DNA of 64,000 bases from a virus (IMGVR_UViG_3300034283_001962:32001-96000); one strand, 5' to 3'. Positions 28,530 through 40,980 are shown, counted from the first letter of the stretch. Numbers and translations: made by a program. The notes: generated from the letters alone by a model not told the origin.

Positions 28530-30560
28530 ATGTATAATGTTAGAATATATGACATTGAGACTCTGAAAGAGTATTTTCTGGTGTGTGTTTATGACCCTAA
28601 TACAAATGAATGGATAGATTTTTCTATTAACAAAAATGTTGATGAGGGGTATAAAATGATTAATTACTTTGAATCACTTAAATGTGATTTTGTAGTTGGT
28701 TATAACAATGTAAACTTTGATGGTCAGATTATAGAATATGTCATCAGAAATTACCACAAATGGACAGATTTAAATAGGCTTGAAATATGTTACAAAATAT
28801 GGCAATATGCTCAAGATGTAATTGATGATATTAATAATGGTTTATTTGCTCCATTCAGAGAAGAACACTTAACAAACCGACAATTAGATCTTTTAAGAGT
28901 TCATCACTTTGACAATGAAGCTAAGAGAACAAGTCTTAAGTGGCTTGAGTTCATGATGGATCTGGAAAATATTCAAGATATGCCAATAGCTCATGATGCA
29001 ACTAATCTTACAGATAAAGATTTAGAAGAGGTTATTATTTATTGTAGAAATGACGTATTAGCTACACATAAGTTTTATAAATATACTATTGGTAATGTTG
29101 AAGATGATTGGGTATTTGCTAATTTATATCAAGGAAAGAATAAAATTCAAGATAGATTAGACTTAATTGAAGAATTTACATTTCCTGCAATAGCTATTAA
29201 CTGGTCAGATGTACGAATAGGTGATGAGATTAATTTAAAAGGGTACTCCTTACGTACAGGTAGAGATAGAAGTGAAGTATATAAGCTCAAGAAACAGCGC
29301 AAACCTACCCGTAAAATCACATTTGGAGAATGTATTCCTGATTACGTACAGTTTGAAACTCCTGAGTTTAAAGCATTTTATAATAGTATTAAGAATGTCA
29401 GGCTTACCTACATGGATAAACAAGAGTTTTTGTTTACTTATAATGGAACAAGATATAATATTGCTAAGGGAGGAATACACTCAACTGAAAAGAAAAGAGC
29501 AATTACTGTTACAGAAAATGAGATACTTAGAGATGCAGATGTAGGTTCACAATACCCTAATGCCATCAAAAAGCGTAAACTGTTTCCTTCTCACTTAGGA
29601 AAAGAATGGTTAGTTAACTACGAAAATACCATTACAAAAAGGATTGAATATAAACATATTGGTACAGCTAAATATAAAGGTTTATCTGATATGCTTAAGC
29701 TTGCTCTAAATGGTGGTGGTTTTGGTAAAACTAATGAAAATACATCTTGGCAATATGATCCTGTAGTTACATTTTATTGTACTATTGGTAATCAGTTTGA
29801 GATTTTAATGCTTATTGAAAGGCTTGAAATGGTTGGAATACATTGTGTATCTGCTAATACAGACGGTATTGTATGTAAATTTCATAAAGAACAGGAAGAA
29901 AAATACAATGAAGTATGTAAATGGTGGGAAGAAACAGTAGGTAATTCTGATCAAGGTAAGCTTGAATATGCTGATTTTAAAGCAATTTATCAAACATCTG
30001 TTAATCATTATATTGCTATTAAAGCTGATGGTTCAACTAAAAAGAAAGGTCAATTTGCTACTGATTTTGAATTTAACAAGAATAAATCAGGAAGAGTTAT
30101 ACCTTTAGCACTTGAAACATATTATAAAGATGGAACAGATCCTATAGAATATTTAAAGAATCATACTAATATTTTTGATTTCTGTATTGGTGTAAAAGGT
30201 AACAAAAAGTATTATTATCGTACTCAAAATTCTGATAATCATCAAACTCTAGATTACTTTGATAAAGTACTTAGATATATTATTACTACAAAAGGTGAAA
30301 TATTATTTAAAGTAAAGAAAAAAGTATATGAATGGGATGGAGGTAATGATATTATGCATTGTGAAGCTCCAGATTCATTTACTGGTAAACAACCTTTAGT
30401 AACAATCTGTAATACAATTGATAAATCTAAAAGTATTAATGAATATAACATTGATTATGATTATTATTTAAAAGAAATAAATACTTTAATCGAACAGATT
30501 AATCGTCAAGGATCTAAGAAAAAAGGTTATAATAATCCTAATCAAATAACTTTATTTTAA
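28530..30560 (+). CDS. Family B DNA polymerase (crAss-like)
   Basis: Exonuclease DIET and YNNVNFD; polymerase DVGSQYP, KLALNGG.FGK and NTDG motifs. Confidence 0.9.
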   Translation: MYNVRIYDIETLKEYFLVCVYDPNTNEWIDFSINKNVDEGYKMINYFESLKCDFVVGYNNVNFDGQIIEYVIRNYHKWTDLNRLEICYKIWQYAQDVIDDINNGLFAPFREEHLTNRQLDLLRVHHFDNEAKRTSLKWLEFMMDLENIQDMPIAHDATNLTDKDLEEVIIYCRNDVLATHKFYKYTIGNVEDDWVFANLYQGKNKIQDRLDLIEEFTFPAIAINWSDVRIGDEINLKGYSLRTGRDRSEVYKLKKQRKPTRKITFGECIPDYVQFETPEFKAFYNSIKNVRLTYMDKQEFLFTYNGTRYNIAKGGIHSTEKKRAITVTENEILRDADVGSQYPNAIKKRKLFPSHLGKEWLVNYENTITKRIEYKHIGTAKYKGLSDMLKLALNGGGFGKTNENTSWQYDPVVTFYCTIGNQFEILMLIERLEMVGIHCVSANTDGIVCKFHKEQEEKYNEVCKWWEETVGNSDQGKLEYADFKAIYQTSVNHYIAIKADGSTKKKGQFATDFEFNKNKSGRVIPLALETYYKDGTDPIEYLKNHTNIFDFCIGVKGNKKYYYRTQNSDNHQTLDYFDKVLRYIITTKGEILFKVKKKVYEWDGGNDIMHCEAPDSFTGKQPLVTICNTIDKSKSINEYNIDYDYYLKEINTLIEQINRQGSKKKGYNNPNQITLF

Positions 30561-30573
30561 AAATTAAGGAAAT

Positions 30574-33500
30574 ATGAAAACAGCAATGCAGGAACTGATA
30601 GAATTATTGGAAGACTTTAAAGGTGAACTAAAAGATACGTACGATGGTAACCCTTGGATAACCCGTGGAGTACTTATCTCTATTGCCGAGGCTAAGAAAC
30701 TATTGCGTAAAGAACGCGAACAGATCGAGAAGGCGTTTTTTGATGGGGACGAAGACGGAAGATCGGAATATTATAAAAAATTTGTAGGCTCACAAGATTA
30801 CTACAATAAAACATACAGCTAATGAACAACTTACAAACCAAACTCAAAGAATTAGAAGCCTGTGATGGCCCTGATGGTGCTATTGAATGGGCCAAAGACT
30901 ACGACACCCTTCAAGATGCTTGGGATAATTGCCAAAGAGGGGATTGGATGATTTGGCTCATTGATAAGATGGGCTGGAGCAATGATAAGGATCTAAGACT
31001 GATGTCTGTTGCGTTTGCAAGGCAAGTGCAGCATCTCATGAAAGATCAGAGGTCAATCAATGCCCTTGATGTTGCGGAAAGATACGCAAATGGGGAGGCT
31101 ACTGTTGACGAATTACGGGAGGCAAGGGCGGCAGCAAGGGCGGCAGATACGGCATGGGCGGCAGCATGGGCGGCAGATGCGGCAGATGCGGCAGAGGCGG
31201 CAGCAGATGCGGCAGGGGGGGCAGTAAGGGCTGATCAGGCTAATATAATTAGACAGTATTTGCCAACGGTAACATTCTAAAACATACAGCCAATGAACAC
31301 TGAAAAAATAAAAGCAGCACGATCTGCCTATACCGCAGGAATTAATTACGCAGCTGCCAATTTACTAAAATTTGATAAATACGGGTGGGAGTGGGGAGGT
31401 CGGTGGACCAACTTCAAGGATATGCCACACTTCCAGAAAACATTCGGCAAGACAACAAAAACAGCAAAGATGAAACTAAAACAAATCGACTTTAACGCGG
31501 AACTAATCGGCAAGGATGGCATCGTAGTGAAAACAATGGATGGCATAGAAGTCAAGCAGCTTACTTTTTTTAAGTGCGATGTTTCCTACAAAGTTGTAGG
31601 AACTATGGATGGAGTGCTACAAACTTGGAATAGTATTGGAAATTATATTTTTTCAATTACTTCGGATGGTAATTGTGTAATTGCCAGACACTCCACATTA
31701 AACCTAATAATGTACAAAGAAGTCAAGGTTATGACGGTGGACGAGTTTTATCAACGTTATTATAGTACAATAGGTGCTTACGACTTCGCCCACAAACTTG
31801 CCGCTGCTGTAAAGGCTGGGGAGGTGGAGTAAGATCATAATATGAAACATTAAGGCGGGAAAATATCTTTGAAATAGTTTGCATAATCAAAATAAGGTTG
31901 TATATTTGTAAGACAAAAGCAAACAAAATGACACTAACCGAAAAAATCAACAGCAATCCTTACTTAAAAGTAAGCAACTGCACAGACATTGCAGACCTTG
32001 AAGCAGCAATGGATGACCTTAGAAAACTTGATGCAGAGTTTGGAGATGACAACAAAACGCTATTAAAACTTTGGGCAAAGTTCTTAGGTAAAAAGAAAAA
32101 ACTTGAATTATGGAAGCGGAAATAAAAGTTAGGAAACCAAGCAAGCTAAGAATATTGGCAAAGAAAATACTGGGGAATTACGCCCTGTATTATACAAAAG
32201 AATTTGAGTGGCAAATGAAGTTGCCGAAAAATGGTGATCAAATAAAAATAACATGGTTTCCGGACAACAGAGGAGCAACAAACGCTTATATTGGGATGTC
32301 TGGAGTAGTTGAAAATATGAATATTAACGATGGTCATTTTATATTGAATTGTGGAAATTGTATACTTATTTGTAGTGGCGATTTTAATTACATTAGATTA
32401 TGAAACAGGGCGGCAAACGTGAGGGGGCAGGCAGACCAAAGAAACATGGTGAACCAACCACTACAATCGCTTTCCGCTGCCCTGTATCTAAAGTTGATGA
32501 ATTGAAAAAAATAATTAACACAAAACTGGCCAAGTGGGCAATAAAAAAATGAACAGACAACAAAAAATTGCAGAGCTGAAAGCTCAGATAGCTGAACTTG
32601 AAAAGATCACACCGGAAGAAAGGTTTTTAGAGTTGATCGACGGCATGACCGTGAAAATTGACAAAGACAATTACCCGAATTCGACTTTCTTTTTTAAGGG
32701 TGATACGTGTTATTTAGAACTTGAAAAATCAAGATTATGGGTTAGATATGCTGAAATCTGGCAGGTTTTTAAAGTTGAATTTGGGATGCAGTATGATGAA
32801 ATCCAGTCGTTTATAAAAGATCAGATGGAACAACACTTCAAAATGATGGGGGGAGTAACACCCGACCGAATGACATGGACGGATCAAATGTGATGGAACA
32901 ACACTTCAAAATGATGGGGGGAGTAACACCTGAAGTAATAAACTGGGTAGTAGCTTTGCTGGTGGAACAACACTTTAAAAAATGAACAAATGGCCTTTTT
33001 ACAAAGCGATTGGTAGGACTTGGAAATTCGAAGCTGCTAAATATTACAACCGGGGTAAACTTATGCGTAAAATTAAAACTGAAAAGACATGGAAAAGAAA
33101 CTGACAGCGGTAGAGTGGTTTTTAAATGAACTACAAAGGATGCAATACTTTATTGGCAATGATATGTTACAAGCCTATAACCAAGCCATCGCAATGGAGA
33201 AGGAGCAGCACGAAAAAACAGCTTTACATTTTTCAGAAAAGGTACTTGACCACATTCAAGATGATAAAGGGTGGGAAGGCGGAGATTTTGAGTTTAAAAA
33301 TTACTACAATAAAACCTACGGCAAATGACAAAAGAATCTATTGTTGAGTTACAAAAAATAGACTGTAACTGCAATGACTGTATCCATATGAACAGAGATA
33401 TTGCTAAGTATGAATCTTTTAACTCTCTGTATAGGGGGACTAACCCATCACACCGGGTACTTTATGGACACTGTTCTCTAAAAAATATACAAGTGTCTTT

Positions 33501-36384
33501 TATAGCCAATACTTGTCAGATACATACTCAATCTTGCTTTAAGCATAGAAGGGATTAAAATAAAAACCCCTTCCAGATTATGAAAGGGGTCGGTCGACAT
33601 CCCCGGCCTGCTGATTGAAAAGGTATCCATAACAAAAGTAATGATTTAAAATAACTTAATCAATGAATTACGCAGAAAAAATGGCAGAGAGGGAGTTCCC
33701 AAAAGAGATGCAATGGCTTAATTACGGGGGTGGCAGTAATGACGAATACGTTGATATGAACGAGGGCAGCCGCACCGCATACGTCAAGGGCTATGAGGCC
33801 GACAAGTGGATAAGGGTGGAGGATGAGTTGCCAGAACTAAAACTGGCTGAACATATACAGGTGTGGCATACAGAGTGGGAAAGACCTTATTACTTAAAGA
33901 CGGTTTATTTTTTAAAGCCGACAGTTTACAAAAGGTATTCACATTGGCAATATTTATCACCACCTAAAACAAAATAGATGGAAAACGAAAATATAAACGA
34001 AGCAGAAAAACCGCAAATGAATATAGGTGATGTTAGCAGTAGTGCTTTACCTGATGCGCTGTTAGATTGGAACACGCTTTCACTTGATCAAATGGTAGAA
34101 AACTTGCGACAAAAATATATGTTTAGTAGTAGCGGAGATGCAAAGTGTATTCACCATTTGATAGGGTTTTATGATAAGCACAAATAACTAACTAAAAAAG
34201 TAATGGCAACATTCAGAATACCCAACGGGAATACAGTAACATTTAAAATTGAACCATGAGTAAAAAACAAAAAAACACAAGCATAGCCGCTATTGTCTAC
34301 ATCATTACTTGTATGTGGATAATTCAAGGTGAGACGATCAGTAGTTTCGGCAGATTTTTAATAGCAATTTTCTTTTTTACAGTTATAGGATCAACATATG
34401 ATTTAACAAAAAATGATAACCATGAGTAAAATATTATTACAGACAGAAAAGCAAATGATAAAGGACGTTATTGTAGAGTTGGCATCAAGACTTATAAAAG
34501 ACACAGAGGATAGTTCTGAAAAGCATGGCATGATAGAGGTAGGTGCAAGATGGGTGAAACAGCTTGATGAAAAACTGTTTGAACTTGACCAAATTGAAAG
34601 ACAAATAAATCTTACCACTTAAAAAGTAATATGGAAAGAAAACTTAGCATGACTAAATTTCGAGAACTTATAAACCTGCATTACAAAGGAAAGATAAGCA
34701 TAAGCAAGTTTCTTGAAGAAATTAATAACCATTTTATTACACCTATTGAGCATTATTCATCAGCATCGGAAAAGTGGGCAACTACATCAATAAAGTGTTG
34801 TTTATGTGGCCATTATTGGCAGGCGGTGTATCCCGTTCAAGTTGTAGTCATATTGGGCGAAGAAAACATTAGATACCCAGAATTAGAGTGTCCGAATTGT
34901 GAATACAAAAACATAGTTAAACCATGAGTAAAACCCCTGAACAGATAGCAGCGGAGTTGTACCCTACTATCCCAACTGCAATAGTGCATTATGATTATAA
35001 TGATATAGTTGAATACCAACGTGCCGCATGGCTATCAAGGCAACCGGAAGTGGATGAACTGAAAAGGCAGGTGGAGGAGTTGATGGCATTTAACGAAACG
35101 TGTTTGCAAAACAACAAATCATTGACAGCCGCTAAAGAGAAGGAGTTGGAAGAGCTGAAGGAACAATTAGGCTATAACAAGTTCGGGGTAGGAAAGCTAA
35201 TTGAACAAAACGCCAAGTTGAAAGCCACCCACGATGCTGAGATGTGTGCTTTTGCGGAGTGGATTGATGAAAATGAATTAGTACGAATAATTAAATACGG
35301 AGATGTCAAGTGGTACTCTAACAAAATAGGAGATGCAGGAGTTTTTGAAAAGCCACATACTACTATTGAACTACTAACTAAATTTAGAGAACGATGAAAT
35401 TAGGAGAGCAAATTATACCAATGGAATATTCTGAACAAGAGCTTATAAAAATTGCTGAAAAAGGTGAATCAGATTTGAAGGCAAAAATGGCTATGTACTT
35501 ACTAAGAGAAAATTATGACTCTACATATGGCTGGTGTAATGATTGCGATTTCTTAGTATGCAAGAAAAGAGATTGTTGTTTAAATAGAATTGATAACAAA
35601 ACTGAAACGAACCGTCAAGATTTACTTGACAGTTGAAAAAACAGAGGTATGATAAGCTTAATAGCAATATTGTCTTTAGCGTTAATATCTTATTTGCTTT
35701 TATGTATTTATCTGAAGCTACAGGATATTCAAAATGAAATTTTCCATAATACACAGGAACTTAAAAAACAGAACCATGAAAGAACTAATTGAGTGGATGG
35801 AGCAAGAATTAAAAGGACATGAACTAATAGGCTCAGACTACGGACTTGGCTTAAGAAGCGGCATCAGCAGATGCATAGCCAAAGCCAAGGAACTTGAAGC
35901 CGCAAATTGCGACCACAAAAATTGTCTCAATTATAGCAAAGATTTGCGACAGAACCATTCCGAGGATACGCTCGATATGCGTGATCCACTTGCTGAAGCA
36001 TGGGACAGTGAAGAAGACAAGATATGGGACACGCTCGATATGCATACCTTCAAAGTAGGTGACAGGGTGAGGGTGGTAAGCAATCAGGCCAGTATGGCTA
36101 ATGAAAATTGTGGCCGACATGAATTTGAAATAGGGGCTGTTGTAGAGTTAAGGTATTGGAGTGATGGCTCTAAAAGTTGGGAAGCTAAAAATAAAAGTGA
36201 CTGTTGGAATATTGACCCCGCAGACATTGAACCATGCCAAAAGGAATTTAGATGGGAGGAGAAACTGAACAACCTACTTGCAACTAAATCAAAAGCTGAA
36301 TTGCTTGAGGTCTGGGATCGAGTCAATAAAGAAAGAAAAAAGGGTCCAGCTTTAAGTGACTATTTTGAGAAACTTGAGGAATGA
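30574..36384 (+). CDS. Higher-GC mosaic of short accessory ORFs
   Basis: Visible compositional shift; many 60-200 aa ORFs, fragments and internal repeats. Confidence 0.55.
31116..31232 (+). repeat. GCGGCA-based low-complexity repeat encoding an Ala-rich tract
   Basis: AARAADTAWAAAWAADAADAA within ORF 30822-31280. Confidence 0.8.
32400..32552 (+). CDS. Small DNA-binding protein (GGKREGAGRPK + RHH-like)
   Basis: MKQGGKREGAGRPKKHGEPTTTIAFRCPVSKVDELKKII. Confidence 0.65.
   Translation: MKQGGKREGAGRPKKHGEPTTTIAFRCPVSKVDELKKIINTKLAKWAIKK
32824..32982 (+). repeat. Repeat-spacer triplet (GATGGAACAACACTTCAAAATGATGGGGGGAGTAACACC x2 plus a partial copy)
   Basis: Period 68/69 nt with unrelated ~30-nt spacers. 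Confidence 0.8.
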
Positions 36385-36580
36385 GAAACAATTAATCAAA
36401 AAAGCACACCTGAGTAAGTCAATATATTATGATTTATATAATATGAAAAAGCTAAAAGAAAAAGAATGATAGAAGATTATGAAAGAATTTATCTAACAGA
36501 TAAGATTTTTATTAAAGAAGATGAACTTTTTTTTTTCCAAGAATTGTTACACGATGAAAAAAAGATTAAATTTGTAAATA

Positions 36581-37264
36581 ATGACTCAAAACAATCTAGA
36601 ATCTTTAAAAGAACCAATGTTCAATCTGTCTTTAAAACAAATAAAAATTTGTCTAGAGGAAAAAATAGATTTAAACAGTTTATTTTTACTAGAAGCATTA
36701 GAGGAGGAAAAAGACTTGGCAGAATATTTAAAAACTCCTCAATTAGATTCTTGGAAACAAACTCTAGTTCGCAAAAGTTTAATAAACGAAAAAGGAATAC
36801 TTCTAACTAGAGGTAAAGCATTATTAGATAATATTCGTAAAGGAATCAATTGCAAAAAAGAAAAATTAGATAAAAATGTTTCTAATGAAGAAACATCATT
36901 TGATATATGGTGGAGACATTATCCAGGTACTAATAATTTTGAGATAAATGGTAAAAGATTTAAAGGTACTAGAACTTTTAGAGTAGAAAAAGATACTTGT
37001 AGATTACTTTATAATGCAATTCTTACATCAGGAGATTATTCACATGAAGAAATGATTGAAGCTATTAAATTAGAGACAGAAAATCGTAAAGAAGAATCTT
37101 ATCGAACAGGTGAAGATAAACTTAAATATTTACAAAACTCTGCAACCTATCTTAGACAATACTCTTTTGATCCATATATTGAATTAGTTAGAACTGGATT
37201 AAAATCACAAAATTCAAATCAAAAAACAACAGAAACAGATTACATTGGAGGAATTAATATATGA
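36581..37264 (+). CDS. Hypothetical protein, possible replication initiator
   Basis: FDIWW..YP and YLQNSATYL patterns resemble phage replisome organisers. Confidence 0.45.
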   Translation: MTQNNLESLKEPMFNLSLKQIKICLEEKIDLNSLFLLEALEEEKDLAEYLKTPQLDSWKQTLVRKSLINEKGILLTRGKALLDNIRKGINCKKEKLDKNVSNEETSFDIWWRHYPGTNNFEINGKRFKGTRTFRVEKDTCRLLYNAILTSGDYSHEEMIEAIKLETENRKEESYRTGEDKLKYLQNSATYLRQYSFDPYIELVRTGLKSQNSNQKTTETDYIGGINI

Positions 37265-37929
37265 TAACAATAAAAAACTTTCCAGAAATTTATATTACTG
37301 GCTTTCTTATAAGTAGCTTAATATTTATTTTTAGAGCAATTAAAGGTAAACCAGCACAAGAACCTGGTTGGTTAGATGTCTTTATGTGGTTATTTGCTTG
37401 GTGGTTCTTACTACCTATTTTCATTGTACGTTGGATTAAATATAAAATAAAAGGAGAAAATATATGATACAAGAATCTATAAAATTTCACACTGCAGATA
37501 ACAAAACTGTTGAATTAAGATTAAGAGATGGTAAGTTTTCAGCAACTCTATGGAATGGTTCATCAGGTAGAGGTTCAGATTCTTTAACTGAGTTTTTTGA
37601 TTTGTTAGCTAGTAAATATCCTTCTTTACATTTTACTGCAATAAGTTGCAGTCGTACTACTGAAACTGATTTCAAAATGTTCTTTGAAAAGTCAAATAAA
37701 TCATGAACAAGATACCAACAGCTGAAGAATTTGCAAAAAGCTTTACTACAGGTAAGGCTGAAGAAACAACAAGAGAATATGTATGTGCCATGCTTATAGA
37801 GTTTACTAAATTACATGTAAAAGCTGCTTTAGAAGCAGCTGCTGATCAGTTCAGTTATTCAGGTGTAAATGGTGTTTACACTTGTATATTAAAAGCTTAT
37901 TCACTTGAGAATATCAAGTAAATATTAAT

Positions 37930-38160
37930 AAACAACTACTGTATTAATACTGAACAGTAACCAACTCTTGTGAACAGAGTTAAGCCCAGTGTTCATAGTT
38001 CGGAATACAGGGAATAGGGACAAGAATACCTGTATGGTTACCTCACAGTCTAAGATGTGAGTGGTTCGGGTTGGTGTACAAGAAACTCAGTTACCCAATT
38101 ACACTGGGAGTGTATCGTGAGATGAGTAATTGTACCCACTTAGAGGGACAGTAGTTGTTT
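37930..38160 (+). ncRNA. Unidentified ~230-nt structured RNA
   Basis: 13-bp closing stem AAACAACTACTGT/ACAGTAGTTGTTT plus several internal stems; no ORF. Confidence 0.6.
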
Positions 38161-38167
38161 TTAATAT

Positions 38168-38286
38168 AGTCAGGTGGCGGAATGGTAGACGCTGTGTACG
38201 CCCGATTAGACACCAGTACGAGGCAGTGAAAAGCCTGCACGTAGAGCTTAGAAAACTGGTTACAGGTTCAAATCCTGTCCTGACTA
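38168..38286 (+). ncRNA. tRNA-like element with an expanded anticodon region
   Basis: AGTCAGG/CCTGACT acceptor, TGGCGGAATGGTAGACGC D-arm, ACAGG-TTCAAAT-CCTGT T-arm; no canonical anticodon arm. Confidence 0.65.
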
Positions 38287-38449
38287 CAAAAAATTGAAAA
38301 TATGAAACCTATTGTAAATAAAAAGAAAGAAATCAAAAAGGCAAGATATAAATATCCTTGGTATAAGGCATTTATTAAATTACTTAGAAATCAAAAACAA
38401 AAGGACTTTAGGAATGAACAAACTATCCATATGTCCTAAAAAACAATAT

Positions 38450-38591
38450 AGTCAGGTGGCGGAAAGAACTGTAATTGCAATAACAGTTCATGGCAGACGC
38501 AGTGTATAGTGTGGCTGATGTAGATAGGCCACTGGTCACGCAGCGAGATAGCGTACACTTTCTATTACAGGTTCGAATCCTGTTCTGACTA
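38450..38591 (+). ncRNA. Second tRNA-like element with a D-loop insertion and a branched anticodon region
   Basis: Same acceptor and T-arm; GAACTGT/ACAGTTC hairpin inserted in the D-loop; AGTGTA/TACACT stem enclosing two hairpins. Confidence 0.65.
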
Positions 38592-38605
38592 CTGAAATAA
38601 AAAAT

Positions 38606-39226
38606 ATGAAACTGAATTGTAATATTCCTAGCTTTAAAGCATTAGTAAAAAAATCTTATTTTACAAAAAACATAAATGATAGTCAAGAATATTATAACGT
38701 TTATGTTTTTGCTATTCAATCAGTATCTGGTAAGATAGTTACATTTCATGTAATAACTGATTCTGGTATGTTAAGAAGCAGAGTTCCATTGTCTGAAATA
38801 TATACTAAAATACCTACAAAAGATGTACCATTTAACTATAAACAGTTATGGGATTGTTTTAGTGAGAATGTATGTGTAATTGAATACAGTTTTTTAGCAT
38901 TTCATAAAGCTCAAGTAGTATTAAGAGATGGTAGTAAAGTATGGGGTACATATATTTTTACTATTGATTGGTATGATAATCCGTATAGTAATGAACCATC
39001 AGATTACAAATGTGGTCATGTATTAGAATCAGATGATGGATATTTATTATGTATGCCTAATAATAGAATTTTTTGGAAAGATTCTAACTGGGTAACAAAA
39101 AATTTACCTGAAGATTTAAAACAATTTAAAGTAGATGATGAACTTTTTTCTGTAGAAAATCAATCAGATAAATGGATAGCAGAAGACAGTAATGCATTTT
39201 ATTACGATATAATAAAACAAAAGTAG
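38606..39226 (+). CDS. Conserved-looking phage hypothetical protein
   Basis: 206 aa; QLWDCFS, YIFTIDW and PNNRI motifs. Confidence 0.65.
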   Translation: MKLNCNIPSFKALVKKSYFTKNINDSQEYYNVYVFAIQSVSGKIVTFHVITDSGMLRSRVPLSEIYTKIPTKDVPFNYKQLWDCFSENVCVIEYSFLAFHKAQVVLRDGSKVWGTYIFTIDWYDNPYSNEPSDYKCGHVLESDDGYLLCMPNNRIFWKDSNWVTKNLPEDLKQFKVDDELFSVENQSDKWIAEDSNAFYYDIIKQK

Positions 39227-39903
39227 CAATATGGAAATAAAACTATTCATGTAATTGTAAAAAATAAAAGATGGAAAAGTATTTTGTAAAAAATATAGAA
39301 AATAAGTTAATACTGTGTAGTAGAAATATACAGGTAGGTGATGATTTTCAAGATGAAAATGGAAATAAATTTGTTTGCACAAGTATAGATAAAGTTTACC
39401 CTCATAAAAGTATATATTCTGAAGGAAAATGGGAAAAAGATTGGCATGATAAAACAAAATGTTTTAAAGTTATTGGAGAAATATCACCTGATGCTACATG
39501 GGTAACAGAAGGAATGGAGTTTGAAGAGGCTGAGGTAAAACGGATAGCTATTGGTATTAGTAATCCCATAGGTTCAAAATATCATATATACCAAATTAAA
39601 GGTCCATGTGGACATTTTCATTAAACCAATTATTATGACACAATACCCTCACTACAAACTTTATACTGTACAAGCAGGTTCTTTAAAGAAAAATATTCAT
39701 CACAGTTATGAATTTGAATCAATTAAACAAGTTTATGATTTTTTACTAAATTTCTATAATAGAAATAAAAGTTCAAGTTATAAAGCTAAACCTGAAAACC
39801 AATATTGTATACAACAATATACTATGCCTTATAAAGCAGAAATAGTACAGGTATTTAAAGTAATTAAATTCTCAGACTATTATATAATAAATAAGAAAAG
39901 AAT

Positions 39904-40980
39904 ATGACTGAATTTGATGATCTTCTACAACATTATACAGATGGACAACAAGGTAAAAATGCAGGTTTACCAATGGGTTTTGAGAGACTTAATAAATTTA
40001 TAGGAATTCGTAAGAGTATCTATACATTGATTTTTGGAGCAACTGGATCTGGTAAATCTGCATTTTTACATGATGCTTATATACTCAATCCTATTGATTG
40101 GTATGTACAAAACCCTAACACTGGAGTAAAACTCAAGATTATTCTCTTCTCAATGGAGAGAAAGAAAGCATATATTCTATCTAAATGGTTAAGTAGAAGG
40201 ATATTTCTTGATTATGGAGTACTAATTCCTATTCAAAAAATGCTTGGTTGGTGGCGTAATAATCCACTAACAAAAGATGAAATAGAAATTATACATCAAT
40301 ATCGAGATTATGTTGAGTTTATTACAAATGATATTATAAGCATTTATGAAGGAGCTAGGAGTCCATCTGATATTTATCGAATAGTCAAGAGTTACGCAGA
40401 AGAAAATGGCAAGGAAGAGCCTCTAAATGAGTTTAAGAAGGTATATATACCTAATAACCCACATGAGATCGTAATGCCAATGGCTGACCACTTAGGTCTT
40501 GCAAAGTTAACCAAGGATTATTCGGTAAAGAAGGAAGCTATTGATAAGATTTCTGAACATTTTCAGTATTTTCGAGACCATTTAGGGTATTCTCCTATAG
40601 CCGTTTCTCAGATTACAAGAGATTTAGGTAACGTAATGTATCAGAAAATGGATAGTTTTGAACCTACTTTAGATCATGTTAAAGAATCAGGTAGACCTGG
40701 TGAAGATGCTGACGTAGTTATCAGTCTTTTTGACCCTTTGAGGTACAATACAGATGACAAGTCATACAGAGCAGGTCGGTTTATCAATCCATTAACAGGA
40801 GCTAAACACTTTAGAAGCATCAAAATCCTGAAGAATACTTATGGTGAAGATGACATCAAAGTAGGTATGGCTTTTTGGGGTGCTTGTGGTGTTTTTAAAG
40901 AACTTCCAAAACCTGGAGCTGACATGGAAACCTTTGATTATCAACAAGTTATAGAAGGAAATTACTTTAAATTACCTTAA
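39904..40980 (+). CDS. DnaB-like replicative helicase
   Basis: GATGSGKS, FSME, DHLGL, SQITR and EDADVV motifs. Confidence 0.88.
   Translation: MTEFDDLLQHYTDGQQGKNAGLPMGFERLNKFIGIRKSIYTLIFGATGSGKSAFLHDAYILNPIDWYVQNPNTGVKLKIILFSMERKKAYILSKWLSRRIFLDYGVLIPIQKMLGWWRNNPLTKDEIEIIHQYRDYVEFITNDIISIYEGARSPSDIYRIVKSYAEENGKEEPLNEFKKVYIPNNPHEIVMPMADHLGLAKLTKDYSVKKEAIDKISEHFQYFRDHLGYSPIAVSQITRDLGNVMYQKMDSFEPTLDHVKESGRPGEDADVVISLFDPLRYNTDDKSYRAGRFINPLTGAKHFRSIKILKNTYGEDDIKVGMAFWGACGVFKELPKPGADMETFDYQQVIEGNYFKLP

Noticed and set aside
29250-30451. Short antisense/overlapping ORFs within PolB and other long genes
   Set aside because: Shadow ORFs without motifs or expression signals
32824-32982. Mini-CRISPR array
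   Set aside because: The repeat is protein-coding in frame, non-palindromic, and present in only 2.5 copies
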